Origin: Trichoplax adhaerens
Lineage: Eukaryota > Animalia > Placozoa
DNA length: 64,000 bases
NCBI RefSeq assembly: GCF_000150275.1
Contig: NW_002060979.1
Coordinates: 32,612 to 96,611 of the forward strand
Reading direction: 5' to 3'
Part shown: piece after piece, positions 24,113 to 38,400 of the stretch
How positions within the stretch are numbered: position 1 is the stretch's first letter
Layout: each line of letters opens with the position of its first letter
Notes under the pieces: model-generated
The model's input: the letters and a program-made list of their open reading frames with translations, nothing else
Database searches by the model: none
Told to the model about the DNA's origin: nothing
Position numbers and translations under genes: made by a program

Positions 24113-26532
24113 ATGGCAACCAAAAAAAGCGTATAGAGGTTACTTGGAATCTTGGCTTTAGCTTTGATAGCTCTTCTTCGCCATTGCCAATCAGCCAAGA
24201 TACTCCAGGTAGCTCAATATTATCATAGTCATGCTCATGTGGTAGCAACGATTGGTGATGAATTACATCGACGAGTCCATAATGTGATGATAGTAGTATC
24301 TTCAGCGGCTCAATTTCGGCCTCCTAAAAAATATATAATTCAATATTATCAAACTCCAGTAACGCAGCAACACTTAGCAAATTGTACGGCCATTTCCTTA
24401 GAGAATAATGATGTTTATTTGCAACCATGCCATATCTACGCTGGTATGGACCTTCCTGCTTTTAGCAAAGAAAGAAACTTACTAGAAAATATAAAAAGTC
24501 AAAATTTCGGTAATGATATGTCATTCAATTATAATATGAGGTAGTGAATCATCTAATAGATAGTCTGTTCAACAATTCCACCATTCTTGCTGCTCACCAC
24601 CCTTCCCCCAAATAGAATTACTGACTTTGCATCCTATTCAGTATCCAATAGATTCGTTTTATCATCAGGCAGTTGATATCTGATTCGATTAGAACATCTT
24701 ATTGCAAATAGGGTTAACACCTTATTGATACTCAGTAACTTTAATGTAAAGCGCTTATTTTTATTTTAAAGAGCTTGAGAACGCCTTTTTTTACTCAAGC
24801 GATTGCCAGTTTAATGTATTTTTGATACCAAAAAATTGGCTCTTGTTTAAACAATAGTAAACCCCTCAATTAATATGGTAAATGACTTCATTGTATTCAA
24901 GGGATAATTCATTACAGTCCAGCTCTGATTTTTTCATTCCTAGTTCTTATTCCAAAATATCGTAAACTAAACCGATGATATGTAGTTTCCATGTTTATAG
25001 ATGCTAAAGTTATCTTAATAAGACAGCATTGAATGAAGATTATGGTCATATTAAAAGCTTTACGGACGAGTAGTTAGAATAGCAACAGTAGGATATATAA
25101 GTACAAAGTTCGCTCATGCAATTATACAATAATAAGATTCTCACGTTAGCAGCTACTCCTACTTAGTAATAAAATTATAATTTGCGTCAAATGTTTTATC
25201 GTTATTTACAAGTGATTTGATACTTTTACGAGTAAATTTTGATGGGCAAGATAGTATAATAGACTAAATTTAAAATTAAAAAATTAAATTTAAATCTATT
25301 AAAATGTTTGTTTAGCAGTCAAGTAACAAGACATTCATCATTAATATTTTATTAGCAGACGGAGTTCTATACGACATCAGCAGCCCAGCCCTATTTGCCA
25401 AATTATTACTGAAGCAGCAAACATTAAGGTCTTGGTTCCTGTTGCTGCATTTGGATTTACCGATCTACTCGTAACTGGATTCTACCATATACCTAATCCG
25501 TTGGCTTATGTTCCACAACTTGGACTCACATTTACCAACAAAATGACATTACATCAGCGTATTATTAATAACGTCATTGTTTCATATCTTACATCGACAT
25601 TAGTCCATTCATTTTTCTACCTTACATGTTTGCAGAAGTAAAGAAAACTAGTTTAGGCATTGATAGCATTCCCGATTTAGTGTATAGTCGAGCCTTATTT
25701 CTTTTAGTCAATACAGACTTTGCTATGGATTATCCTCGTTCAATTACACCGACTACCAAAGTAGTCGGCCCTATACTCCCTAAACCTGCTCAATCATTAC
25801 CTTCTGATTTACAACAATTTGCATCGAAGAATCCTAACGGCACAGAGATTGTCTCTTTTGGTACGGTAGTAACCGCATTAAAGTATGTCAGTAATGTTGC
25901 AATGCTTTTTAATACTTTTGGCCGGTTACCGTATAATGTTATTTGGAAATATACGGAGGATATTCCGCAAAGTATTGCTTCAAATATTAAAATTATTCAG
26001 TGGTTGCCACAGAATGATCTCCTTAGTCACTTAAATACCAAAGTACTTGTTACGCATTGTGGTTTAAATAGCATTCTCGAAGGAGCTTATCATGGTGTAC
26101 CTATGATCGGTATTCCAGATGTCGGTGATCAAGCCAGTCATGGGCCTAAAATAGCAGCTAAAAATGTTGGAATAGTATTAAATGTAAAAGGAATGACGCA
26201 AGATGATCTGTATTATGCAATTATCAACGTTACAACACGACAAGATATTTTAGAAAAGAACTCTTAGAATTTCGAAATTAATTCAAAATAGACCGAATAG
26301 TAGAACGCCTGCTGAAGAAGCTAGCGATTGGATGGAATATGCGCTAAATTGCAATGGCGGTGAATATTTACGTACGGAAGAGTATAATATACCATGGCAT
26401 CAATTCTATTTAGTAGATGTATTTGCTTTAGTTTTAGTTTTCCTTGTCATTGCTGTTCAATTAATATGTTTAATATGGTAGAAAATAACAAAGTTATGTA
26501 GTGGTAATGGGGCTAAAGTTAAAATGTCTTAA
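24113..26532 (+). pseudogene. UGT pseudogene, head-to-head paralogue; exons 24113-24509 and 25359-26532
   Basis: Same intron position. In-frame TAG at 24134-24136; frameshifts near 25385, ~25560-25625 and ~26265; TAG at 26479-26481. Retains the UGT signature and a KVKMS-stop end. Confidence 0.9.
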
Positions 26533-28046
26533 TCCTTGACTGGAAATTTCTTGCTAGAGATTTATTGTGCACTGCCTATCAAGATTACCATTTTGACTTT
26601 GCGCCATTGCAAATTGGTCTACTTTACTATTTTCTATTGTATTTTCTACTTGATGATAATTTAGTGTACTTTTATGCCATAATGGCAATAAAATTAATGG
26701 CTGAAAGCGACTTGCAGAGTTTAACGCTGCATGCACTCTATCAGTATATTTTAATTTCAAGTACGGTAATGAAAGCCTAATAATTTCACTTTTATACGCA
26801 ACTGAAACCATTGCCAATATTAGATTGATATTACTATACTATATCCGATAAGTAGATCTTCGATATGAATACTGTTGGAAGTAAATTGAAAATTGTTGAA
26901 GTAAATTGAAAATGAACCCTATTAAACTAGAATCCAAATTTGTTGCAGATACTCTACCGCCTTTGATGAGATTCTCTGACCGCTTTCATAGTACCTTATG
27001 ATATTAATCCACCAAAACCAAATAACTTGGAAAGGTTGAACCCAAATCTCAATTGTAATGTTAAGCTTAACTAAACTCTTAACTTTGTCTTGTGCTACAG
27101 CGATGCCATTCATTACTGCTAGTTGCAACGGCATTGCTGTAACATTTGCATAGCTAAGCATCGGTTACAGAATCAGGATTATTGAAAGAGCAACTTTTTA
27201 GAGTTATTTAAACTTATGTCGTACTCATACAACATGAATTTCTGATCTACCTAATAGCGTCTACTAAGAAATATGTTGATAGGAATTATTCGCTTTAGAT
27301 TGGCATTAGGTCATAAATGCAAGTGTTCAGTATTGCATTGCAAGGAGCCGTAATTTTACTGCAAGATTCTCAAATTACGATATTATGTCCTATTAGGAAT
27401 AAAATAGTGTTGTCAACAATCTCATTGTGCTAGAGTCTTATTGTAAACGCCCGAAAATTATAACTTGTCAATTGCAATGTTGTCTTCGTTGACTTACGTA
27501 AACCTTCTACGAATATTTTACGCTTTCATAACTATTAGTTGAATCAAGTTCCTGTTATGTTTGTTATCAAACATTTTTTATGCCTACTGCTGGGCCGTAG
27601 TCACTAGTTAAGTCTATCAGATTTAGAATAAGTGCAGCTACAGGCGACCTATAACGCGCTATAAAACGCACTATATGGGTACAAACCATACTTATCCAGT
27701 TTCCGCCCCATAAAATTATGGATAACTATGCTGCAGAGTGCAACACAATTCAAAGATTACGGTAGTAGTAACATTCTTTCACGATTTAAAGCAATTTACA
27801 ATTAGAGAGACATTGTGCTATAGGCCTTTTAATGACCTTAATTCGCATCGAAATTAAAAAGTATAATCTAAAAAGAGTACATATGAGTACAGTTTTGATT
27901 TATTATGTTCTGAAAAGACCTTGTTTAAATTGATAATTTTTAAAGTCGATCTTCTTTCCCGTAGGTCAATTTATATCCAGAGTCTATGTGGAAAATGTGA
28001 TCGAAATTAGTAGTAAATGCTAATGTTATGTTGCAATTAATGGGAT

Positions 28047-31000
28047 TTAAAGAAGCTCATTAACGTCTTGATCATCAAGTAAATAACGTGGAACAGACTG
28101 ACGACGGAAACGTCGATACAGAATCACTCCAATTACAAGTAGTATCAAGATAGCCATAGCATCTATTAATCCTCCAATGATTATGCCTGTCATAGATAAT
28201 AAATATGAGAAGTCAATTGCTTTGATAGAAAATGCTTAAGATCTTAATTCAAACTTTTCTGTTACAGTAGATAATTAACATCGATTTAAGGATTTCTTAA
28301 ATTTACTTTGCAATTTACTTTTAGCTAGCTACTAAATTGCCCTATCTTTATGGATAAAATTGTATATGATGAAACCAGATTCCAATCGCATTAAAACAGC
28401 TTTAATATAGCTACTGCAATGTTAAATTTGGGTATGTATAGAACATTAGAGGATACAGCGCAAGGATCATTTCGTTATTTCCATGCTAATATGAATAATG
28501 TAATTAAATTATACCATGCGGAGAGTGGGTTAGAGAAAAATTACTGCATAGTTACCTTTATCAATATATGAATGGTACCTGTTAGTAAATACTTGCTACT
28601 TGGCGTTACAAACCAGGTTTCTGTTCCATGACTACAGCTAGGTATGGTAAAATGAACCTTAAGTCATAAAATTTTGATGGTATAAATTTAGATTTTGCAA
28701 TACTTGCAGTTTGGTTTTCCATCGCTGTTGTTACATGAAAAATAATCCACTTTAGAGCCAACTCTAAGGTCACATAGAACTGTTTGAAGTAATATTTAAT
28801 CCTATAAGTTTACAGGCCTTGAAAATAGCTGCATTAAGTTTTTTAACTGTATATACTAAAAAGATTCTTTATTCTATATTTTTACCTCATAAATACGTCG
28901 TAAATATTGTAAACGCTAATGTGAACCTACTACAATAACAAACTTACATGTCTGGCATTTATTTCCTGTATAATTTTTATCGCAAGAACAGTAGAAGCGA
29001 CCTTTACGCTGATAGCACTTTCCATGCAGGCAGATATTACTTTGGTGACAATTTCCTAATTTTTTGTGGCACAAATTATAGCAATTTCAAATCAGTAATA
29101 ATTTTAAGAGCAAAGATATCTTACTGAGAGTGAATCCAATGAGATTCAGAACGGAAATCTATAATTTAGTTAATTCTGTATTACTTCAGTTATGCTGACA
29201 GATACATAGAGAATGATTCATAGACTTAAGAAGATCATTTACATCGAAATGTGAGGTGGTAAGTGATATTATAGAATATGCTAGGGTGCAAAAAATTGAA
29301 CTAGTATTTCTGTAAACTATAAATCTGACTATAATGGATGATTTCATTTTGTTCTGGTGTCGCGAAGCTACAGTTAATGGGGAATTATTAGGAATGCGAA
29401 CTTATTCTGAAACTGTTTTATGTATGCTTTACTAAATGTTATCAATAGCTAAAAGTAATTTTAAGTAGAAATTCAGCTAAATTTTAAGGGATTTAATACT
29501 TATACGGCTGAAAGGTCGATTGTAGCAGTTACTAAAGTATCTAGCCTATCACTATATTTTAAATTTCACTGCATACTTGAGAACTCTAATAAGTAATGAC
29601 CCATTAACTTATAACGTCATACCTAACGTAATATCTTTAATTGATCTTGCTTCACTGATAGAGTTTATCCCCTTGCACCAATAACTCCCATTATTATCAG
29701 CGGACGAAAAGGACTTAAAAATCAGAGTTAATTTGTTTTGGTACAGTTTAGGATTGGATGTAACAAGAGTAGCATGATAGCTACTTGTAATCATTTCTTT
29801 ACCAATCCACCAAGATAAAGCTGGTAATGGCCAACCATATGCTGTACATTCTAAGGCAATTACTTGCTTGGATTGATCCATAGAGAAATTAGGATGAATT
29901 TGAATGTGGCTAACTGTAATTTCTAAATCATATATAAATTCGCTATAAATATAAGGCATTTATTTGAATGATATTACAAGAACATCTTATTAAATCTTAC
30001 AGCTGATAATAGTATTTATACTGACTTGCACGTAGACAATCATGAATTGCTGGAACATTTATATTAACTATGAACGGTATGAACTGGTTTTACCATCTTT
30101 ATTTTAAATAATTTGAGTATTGTTAATTTGTTGCTTTTATACCATTAATACAGCGTGTCCCATTAAAGTAGCCATTTAAACAAAGGCAAGTAAAGGATAA
30201 GAAAGGTTTGATAATGTCGATACATTTAGAGTTGATGTCCTGAGAGCAAGGTGAACTTGCACATGGCAAGGCTACAATTTATAATTTAAAGAATTAGATT
30301 AATTCTAGTCATTAAACTTTATTCCTTATACTATTTTGAATTATAGGCAACAAAAAGGATTTTGCGATATTATGAAAGTGACTTTACCTAATTGTCCACA
30401 TCGATTGTAGTATGGGGTGGACGCAGTTATTCTAAAACATAAATTAGGAGGAAAGGACGATATCAAATCGCGATACATTGAATAACTGTATTTTAGATCT
30501 CTACTAGCAAAATACCCGCCTAGACTTGAGCTTGCAGCATAATTTAAAGTGCTTGTTGATGGATCAGCAGTGTTTTGTACTGTATTTTTATTGCAGATTA
30601 TATTGAGAATAATTAGCACTCTTAAAACCAACGATCCTTGGTATCGTAATTAAAACGGAATCAAATTAAGATTTAAACCATATTTAGTATTTAAGAATAC
30701 TTCCCCAATTGCATAACTATAAACACATCAAGCGTAAATCCCACATGTATTAAAACCCGCATACTGTCTAGTTATAATTCTCAGCTTTTCTATAATCTTG
30801 CATGACAATAATTTTGAACGTAGCCTCCGATACGTATAAAAGTGATTTCTGTGCTTTAGCATAATGTATATAGACACTGTGTCCGTATTCTAACCTGATA
30901 TTTCGCAAAAACTGCCAGAATACCCTTCTTGGCAAATACAATGGTAACTAGATTGATTTATTGCTTGACATTGTCCATGGAATGAGCATTTCTCTTCAAA

Positions 31001-34000
31001 AGCCAAACATGGATCATCTAGAAAGAAGTATCACTTTGATGATTGACGAATTATTGTTTGATAGGTAATAATATTTACATTTAGATTCATATGATGAGAG
31101 AGTTTATCAGACATAAGCAACATCTATAAATCTAGAATATCGTCAGTATAACCTGTACAATGGATGCCAACATCTTCTCTATGATTACAATACTGATCTT
31201 GATTATTGTCGATACGACAATCCAGTATGTGATTTTCATTTCCACTGCAATTTATTTTCTCTATCCAAATTCTACCACGACCCGATCCCCAAGTGGAACA
31301 GCATTTGTATTCTACGAAACCGATATAGCCAAGTTGACGACAGAGGACGTGGCCAACATCAATAGTAAAGTAATCGTCGCAAATTGTCCCCCAACTTCCA
31401 TTAATATAAATTTCAACTAGTCCTCGATCGTCATTATTAGCATAAGAAATTAATCTTGCTTGACCATTTTCAGTTGGTCCTAATTATATAATTATACCTT
31501 AAAATAAGTATAAAGGCATTTTTTAACTCTAGAACAATTTCATAGTTAGCTACGTAAGGTATGTGATAATTATATTTATCGAGTAAAGCGAATTAAAAAT
31601 GATTTTATACCGTTTTGGCAGTTAATTCCCGAGTATCCACCTTGGCACTGGCAATTAAAGCCGTTTACAAAATTGATACAGGTAGAATTGAATGTGCAAT
31701 TAGCAAATGCACAATAGTCGTCTGGTATAGAGCAGTATAAACCGGAAATTGATCTCAAGTAAATGATAATATTTTATATTTCCTTAAAAGTAATTTTATA
31801 TAAAAAGGATCCAATAAAATTCTTACACTGTTGACAATGCTTCCCTGTATAACCCTCCTGACAGAAGCAGTGATAAGAATTTACCCCTTGATGATGGCTA
31901 CAACGACCATACAGACATGGCGATGAGAAGCAAGGATTACTTAATTCTATAGAAATGCCAATTAGAACCATAATTATTGATTTGATAAACGGTAGCACAA
32001 TTTGTCCTGAAATGGTTAAATTATAGAGTATTCACGTACGTACCTTTACACTGAAGGCATGCTAAATCTTGACAATTAGGCAATACATTAGGAAAATGCA
32101 TACATTGATTTAATGATAACTCAGATCCGGAACAAGAAATTAAATCAGGATATCGTTTACCACCATAAAAGCCACTTGAATCTTGACAGGCTTCATAAGA
32201 ATCAATTTTCGCATAACCTAGCTGGTGGCATATTACACGTGCTATCTCTCGATTAAATTGACTATAGCATAATGGCAGCCATACTCCTTGATTAACTATT
32301 TCTAGCCTTTTCTTTCTATCAGTACTATAGTCTACTAATCGGATTGCGCCATCTGTTTGATTAGCTATTGGAGAAAAGATTATTTAGAGTATTAAAAGAC
32401 TGTCTTCAGTAGTGATTATAATTATCTAACAGGTTAATTCATAATTGCCAGTCGATCATCTGTCGATACTACGGTGCTCCCTTTATATTTGCAAGATATG
32501 TTTAGGCACGCCTATTACAACTAACTTTGATCGCATCTGATACCACTATAACCTTGATTACATCGGCAGAGATAGAAGGTATGGTTATTTAATACACATT
32601 GACCATGTACGCACATTCCCCTTACAAAACATGGATTATCTGTTAATAAAGATACTCGTAAGTCACTTTTGGTCTGAGAGATGATTAATTAATTTTTCAA
32701 TTTGTACAATCTATTAAGATTATTGATATACATGGTGATATTCCTGCATAGTACCTGTGCATCTAAGTATAACATCCATAGAATGCTCACAATGTCTTCT
32801 AGTCCACTGTTTCTGAAAACAGTCCCTAATTGATCGTTCAACGCCTTTACAAACCAGTTTACTAAGCCATATTCGGCCATGACCAATTTGATTAGATAAA
32901 CCAGATTCCCGAGCAAATAGAGCACCTTGGAATCCCAACTGACGACAAATGACATTTGCTTCGTTAATATCGAAATCAACGATACAAATTGTTCCCCAAA
33001 GTCCTTCATGATATACTTGAATAAGACCTTCAGCATTCTGATTGTATCCATAAACCATTCGAAGATCTTGGTCTCTAGCTAATCCTAGCAATGAGTGATT
33101 ACATAATTAAAGAAATTTAAAGGAACTAAGGCAATGATAGAAAAATATAGGTATCAATCGCAATTCGTATAATGTAGTGATTACAACTAATTATCGCAGT
33201 AATGTGCCTTGACTATGTAATTGTAATATGGAGCAAGATTTGCATGACTTAGAATAGTCTGTTCCGGATAATAATGCAATTATAGATGACGGTTGATATG
33301 ATGAAATGGTCGGGTGACAAAATCAGTTCATTGTACATAGATAGCAGACTCTTCTGCACTCATGAAATTTCGTACAAAAAAAATTTCGGATTTGCAGCAT
33401 TAATATAAGATTTACAGGCAACTTGTAAAAATATAAAGCTAGCGATCCAGAGCTCAAAATACAAAGCGTTCATAATAATTGCATATATGCATATATCGCA
33501 GTATCAGTGAAGAAACTGGATTAGCAATATCCACTATAATTATAATTTTGAGAGGCGAATCTTTGTATTCCTGTATAAACAATACCAGAAAATCTGCTAA
33601 AACTTCACCTGAAAACACCTATACTCTATTAAATTTTTCATCTATTAAGCTAAAGTCCATGATCGATTATAATTATAATTTTTGTAGAGGTCTGTAACTA
33701 ATTTCTGTTAGGGCATAAGAGAAAAAATAGAATGAATTGTCCTACACTCTTCGTCAGATACATCATTTGATAAAGATAGAAGGATAAAAGATTATCATTT
33801 CAAATGACTACTATCACAGTCTGTATTGATTTGCGCTTATTAGCCCTTATTATGGAGTGAAAACCTTGCTATTTTACCTTGTTCACAGTAGGGGCCATAA
33901 TAGCCTTGCGGACACTGACAAGAATACTCACCATCTATTTCGTCATGGCATGTTGCATTCGCTGAACAAGGAGAGCTAATACAGCTATGAACTTAGAATC

Positions 34001-36809
34001 AATTATATCCTGGTACTTTAGTTTGGTTTTATGTGATTCTGATTGATGTAAATTTATATATATATACAGAAGTTATCAAAATTAATAGAGTTAATACAGT
34101 TTAGAATTTTTACCGATGTCACAAGCCTTGCCAGTGTAACCTGGGTAGCAATTGCAATATGCGGAGTGATTGGAATGCAAAATGCAATGACCGTGAATGC
34201 ATGATGGTATTAGCTTACAAACATCATCTAAAGCAGTAAAAGCAACATAAATATCGTGTTCGACTTGCTAATATTTCAGATAAATTTTTTATTTAATACG
34301 AATTGTTAAAGGTCATTTTATGCATTATCAGATCGGTACGCACTTGTACATCGAACTCCACTACTTTCATGACTGGAACAATCATGATTACCCCAACCTT
34401 CATGGCTACATTCCATGATATTTTTTTCATGCCCTTCACATTCCAAATGATCAAGCCAAAATAAAGTCTGATTTGATGTGTAACCATAAGCTTCGGTATC
34501 ATTAAACTTTGAGCAGCAAAAGTAATCAATCACTGCTCTGTAGCCGAGCTGACGACAAATAACATTTGCATCCCTTTGATCAAAGTAGTCATCACATATT
34601 CCAGCCCATAACCCACGATAATAAACTTCGATTTTGCCTTCATCGTGATCGTGGCCACCAACTAATCGCAAATCACCATCCATCAAGACCTCTGAAACAA
34701 GGGATTTAAATTATGTAATTTTATGCGGATACAATATTTCATTATATTAGGATACCTAACAGAAATGATACATCATTTTCTAGTTCTTATCAACATAATC
34801 ATAAAATTATAGTTATTTCTAAACTATAACCGATAGAGTCATGTTTAGTATGTTAATTGAACAATAACGAAAGAAATACCTATAGAACAATTTCTACCAG
34901 TATATCCATCATTGCATAAGCAGATATATCGATCTTCAGTTTGACCAATACATGTACCATGAGAACATGGCGATGAATTACAAGGATCTATTTCAAATTA
35001 GAGTAAAGCATAATTAAAATACTGCACTGGTATTAGAATTTAAGACGATTATAGCAAGAATTATTAGATTTATGCCTCTTATAATTAACAGTATTAACTT
35101 ACTTGGAAATTGGCAGTCTTGGCCAAGGTAAGATTGAGAACAGCTACATTTGTAGGATAGCATAGTTGGGTTCTGTTCATCGTCGATAGCTTGACAAAGG
35201 CCCTGATGTCGACATGGATTGCTTATACATGGATTTTGACATGGTACTACATAAGCCATAATTAATATTTAGATACGCCAACTACTTCCAAGGTTAGATT
35301 CTTATGATATTATTATTTCAATAACATAAATAGTGTTAATTTTTACTAAATTAATAGAATCTTAACCTTGATAACATCTGATTTTGTTGGTGTCATTTTC
35401 TAGTCCCTTTTGGCAATAGCAAATAAAGGCCCTTTCTCTACTTTCATTAGTAATATCAATGCACTGGCCAGTTATACACGGATTGCTGGAGCAGGCTAAT
35501 GGTCGATCAATTTGATGACTAACTACGGGAATTCAGATAACCAAATTAATCAATTCCATAAGATACTGCCTGCTGTACTGTATATGTCAATGTTGATTAA
35601 GCATGTCGAAAAATTTTCGTTATTACGTAAATAATTGATTATTCTCAAGTTACCTATCTCACAAAATTCTCCTTGATAGCCCTGATAGCACAAACAAAAA
35701 GTATTACTTTTATTAGATTCATGGATACATATGCCTGCATGACATGGCTTATCATGATGGCATGTTCGTGAAGACTGGTTGCCTAGAATAAATATGCAAT
35801 GGATCTTTGAAGCTTTCCAAATTAAATTAAAAAATAACTTACAACTGATCTAATTGGTTGTTTGTACAGTATGAGATAATTCTATCTTAATTTATAATAG
35901 CTGTATGCTGTAGAGTTTTACCTGTATAGGAATCGTCGAATATACTCTGAAATGCTTCGGTATCTATACGGACCTTAAGCGATATGAAAAGCGGTACTTG
36001 TTTAGTTTTAAATATCAAGTATGCTAGACCTTGTTCTCCAGCTTTAAGCAAGAAGCGAAATACAAATGTTAAAAACGCCACTGATTAATATTGCACCAGT
36101 AGCATAAACGAAGAGTAACGGTCTTGATTTAATATATAATAAAAATTCTGTATAAATTGTGATTGTCTAACTCCACTTGATCTTCCTGAACTTTTTCTTA
36201 ATGCAACCTGTGCATATGCTACGATGATATAATTAAATTCAAACTGTCAAGCATTGTAGCTATATTAACTTTATTGTAGTATGAAGTTTTTGTGCATAAA
36301 GCTAATCATCGCATGTGCAGCGAATTTTAATGTAATATACATCATTTCAAAGCAATTAGTAGTAACCAATAATAGCCAATTTTACTAATCTCTAGATGCA
36401 AGAAAGTTTATTTATCAATTTATATTTAAAAGCATCAATAATATGAAGTAGAATCCTATAGCCATGAGGTGAAATGTTAGGCCAGATAATTCCTATACTG
36501 TAGCCTCCGATCTTATGAGAAATAGTGTATTTATATCCTCAAAACTTGCGCATTGAAGATAAAAAAAATTTTATATCATTCCATTTATTTATTTTCTACG
36601 CTCATATATATTCAATGAATTTAAGAGTATATGCAAAACTAATCAAGGTAATCAAGCACGCTTGATTTAGTATGTTAATACTTTAGCATTTCAAATGTAA
36701 TCGATAGATTTGCCATCAGCTATAATTCGCTTTTCATATTTCTTACCATCATCACTGCCACTATTGAAATCAGAGCCACCCTTGCTTTGTTCGCCTTCAT
36801 CAAAGAGTA
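28047..36809 (-). CDS. Multi-exon single-pass receptor with ~12 EGF, 4 SRCR, SEA-like and Ig domains, TM and short tail; 5' end unresolved
   Basis: SRCR exons at ~34343-34691, 32755-33086, 32044-32365 and 31153-31478 (WGTICDDYF...VLCRQLGY). EGF exons from 35782 down to ~28950. QGSLVLRVLII SEA-like strand near 30635. Ig exon ~29624-29921. Last exon IIIGGLIDAMAILILLVIGVILYRRFRRQSVPRYLLDDQDVNELL-stop (28049-28047). Exon 36809-36747 is tentative. Confidence 0.8.
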
Positions 36810-38400
36810 CTTTACTTACTTTTAACAGAAATAGCAGATCTTTTCGATCGAAACCCTATTTCTAGCAATTGGAGTATTATTGAAAAAATTGTATTGATTT
36901 TTAAATTTATTTATAGCTTATTTACTGCAACTATTACTGCTAAATTACAGTCGTAGCAAGATAATTACATTACCTGTAACCTTAATCTGCTACGAACAGA
37001 TTCGGATTTCTATCTAAGGTTGCTTTACTTATCGGTAAATTAGGATGGCGATTATTATACAGTAATTTCTATAGTTATTATTGTTCAATTTTTATCATCC
37101 CTTGATGAAATTGTAGCAAATACAGACTGTATGTTCTCTTACAGTGCCTTATTCCTTGTTAACACCAACACACGAAATACTGGTATCGATAGTTAAGTCT
37201 AATAATATGATTGGACGCTGGCAAAAGCCTACGTTAATTTTCTCTGTAAGCTTTATAGTTATTAGTAAATCGCCTTGATGACGTCAGACTACCTACAGAG
37301 ATCTAACTTATGATTATACAATCTTTATACAACATTTGTTGCATATCAATCCATTATGAAGTAACATATGTATTCAGTGGGCTCAAGATAGCTGCTAACG
37401 ATATTGACGTCGGCTAAAATAAAGCAAAAGATATACTTTAACGGATCGATGATTACCATTGTATTTGATCATTCCGGTAGCGACATACATTGAACACATC
37501 CGAGCAACAAAGATAAAACGCTTTGGATGACATAAATTACAATTTAATTAGTTATTGTTGAGATCTTTATTTACATAAAAATTTAATATACGACGCATCT
37601 AGTATTCCAGCAGCAAGAAAGCGTTTAATAAATGTCAAAAAGACGTAGGATAATGGTTTCATCAAACTTATAATCATGTTTTAATGATACGTTAGAATAC
37701 AGTACAATTCACTTATCGCAATCTATGCAAGTAATTTTATGGTCAGTTATCGCATTCACAGTATTAGTACTCATTGAAATATAAGCAATTAATCATAATA
37801 AATTATTCAAAGTCGAGTAATTAATTAGGTGAAAGTCATTATAAAATTATATCTGAATTTTTAACGGTTTTGATCGTAAGAACAAGAGGATGGTATCAAT
37901 TGTAGCACATTCTAGCTATATTGATACCAAATGAGATGAGTATTGTCGACTGCGCTCTAGGCATAATCTTCTAGGAGATGCAACAGATCACATAATGGAG
38001 TTATAGTTAATCAAAACAACGAATTATAATATACCGCACAATGACACAAGTACAAATAATACCCTATATCAGTATAAGTTTTTATATGACAAAATGGTTT
38101 ATAATAATGTAAGAATACAGTTTCAAGTATGACCATAATAGTATATTGTCACAATCCTAATACTCGTCCTCACCCATAATAACAAAAATATTGCATCGTA
38201 GCTAATGATTTGGCGTTTGCCATATTTTTTGAAACTTATCGGTGGCATAAGTACGATGTTGTCTCAATAAATGTAAGAGTTTATGTACAGAATCATTTAT
38301 AGTTACATTAATTATTAAACTAATCGAAATATTTGTATGTATACAGTTTAGCCAGAGCAAGTTACATCAAGTAGTGTTCATTTCTATTCCTAATGTCACC

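Noticed and set aside
26922-27161. Duplicated small ORF (also 17796-18017)
   Set aside because: Similarity is explained by the recent duplication; no recognisable domain.
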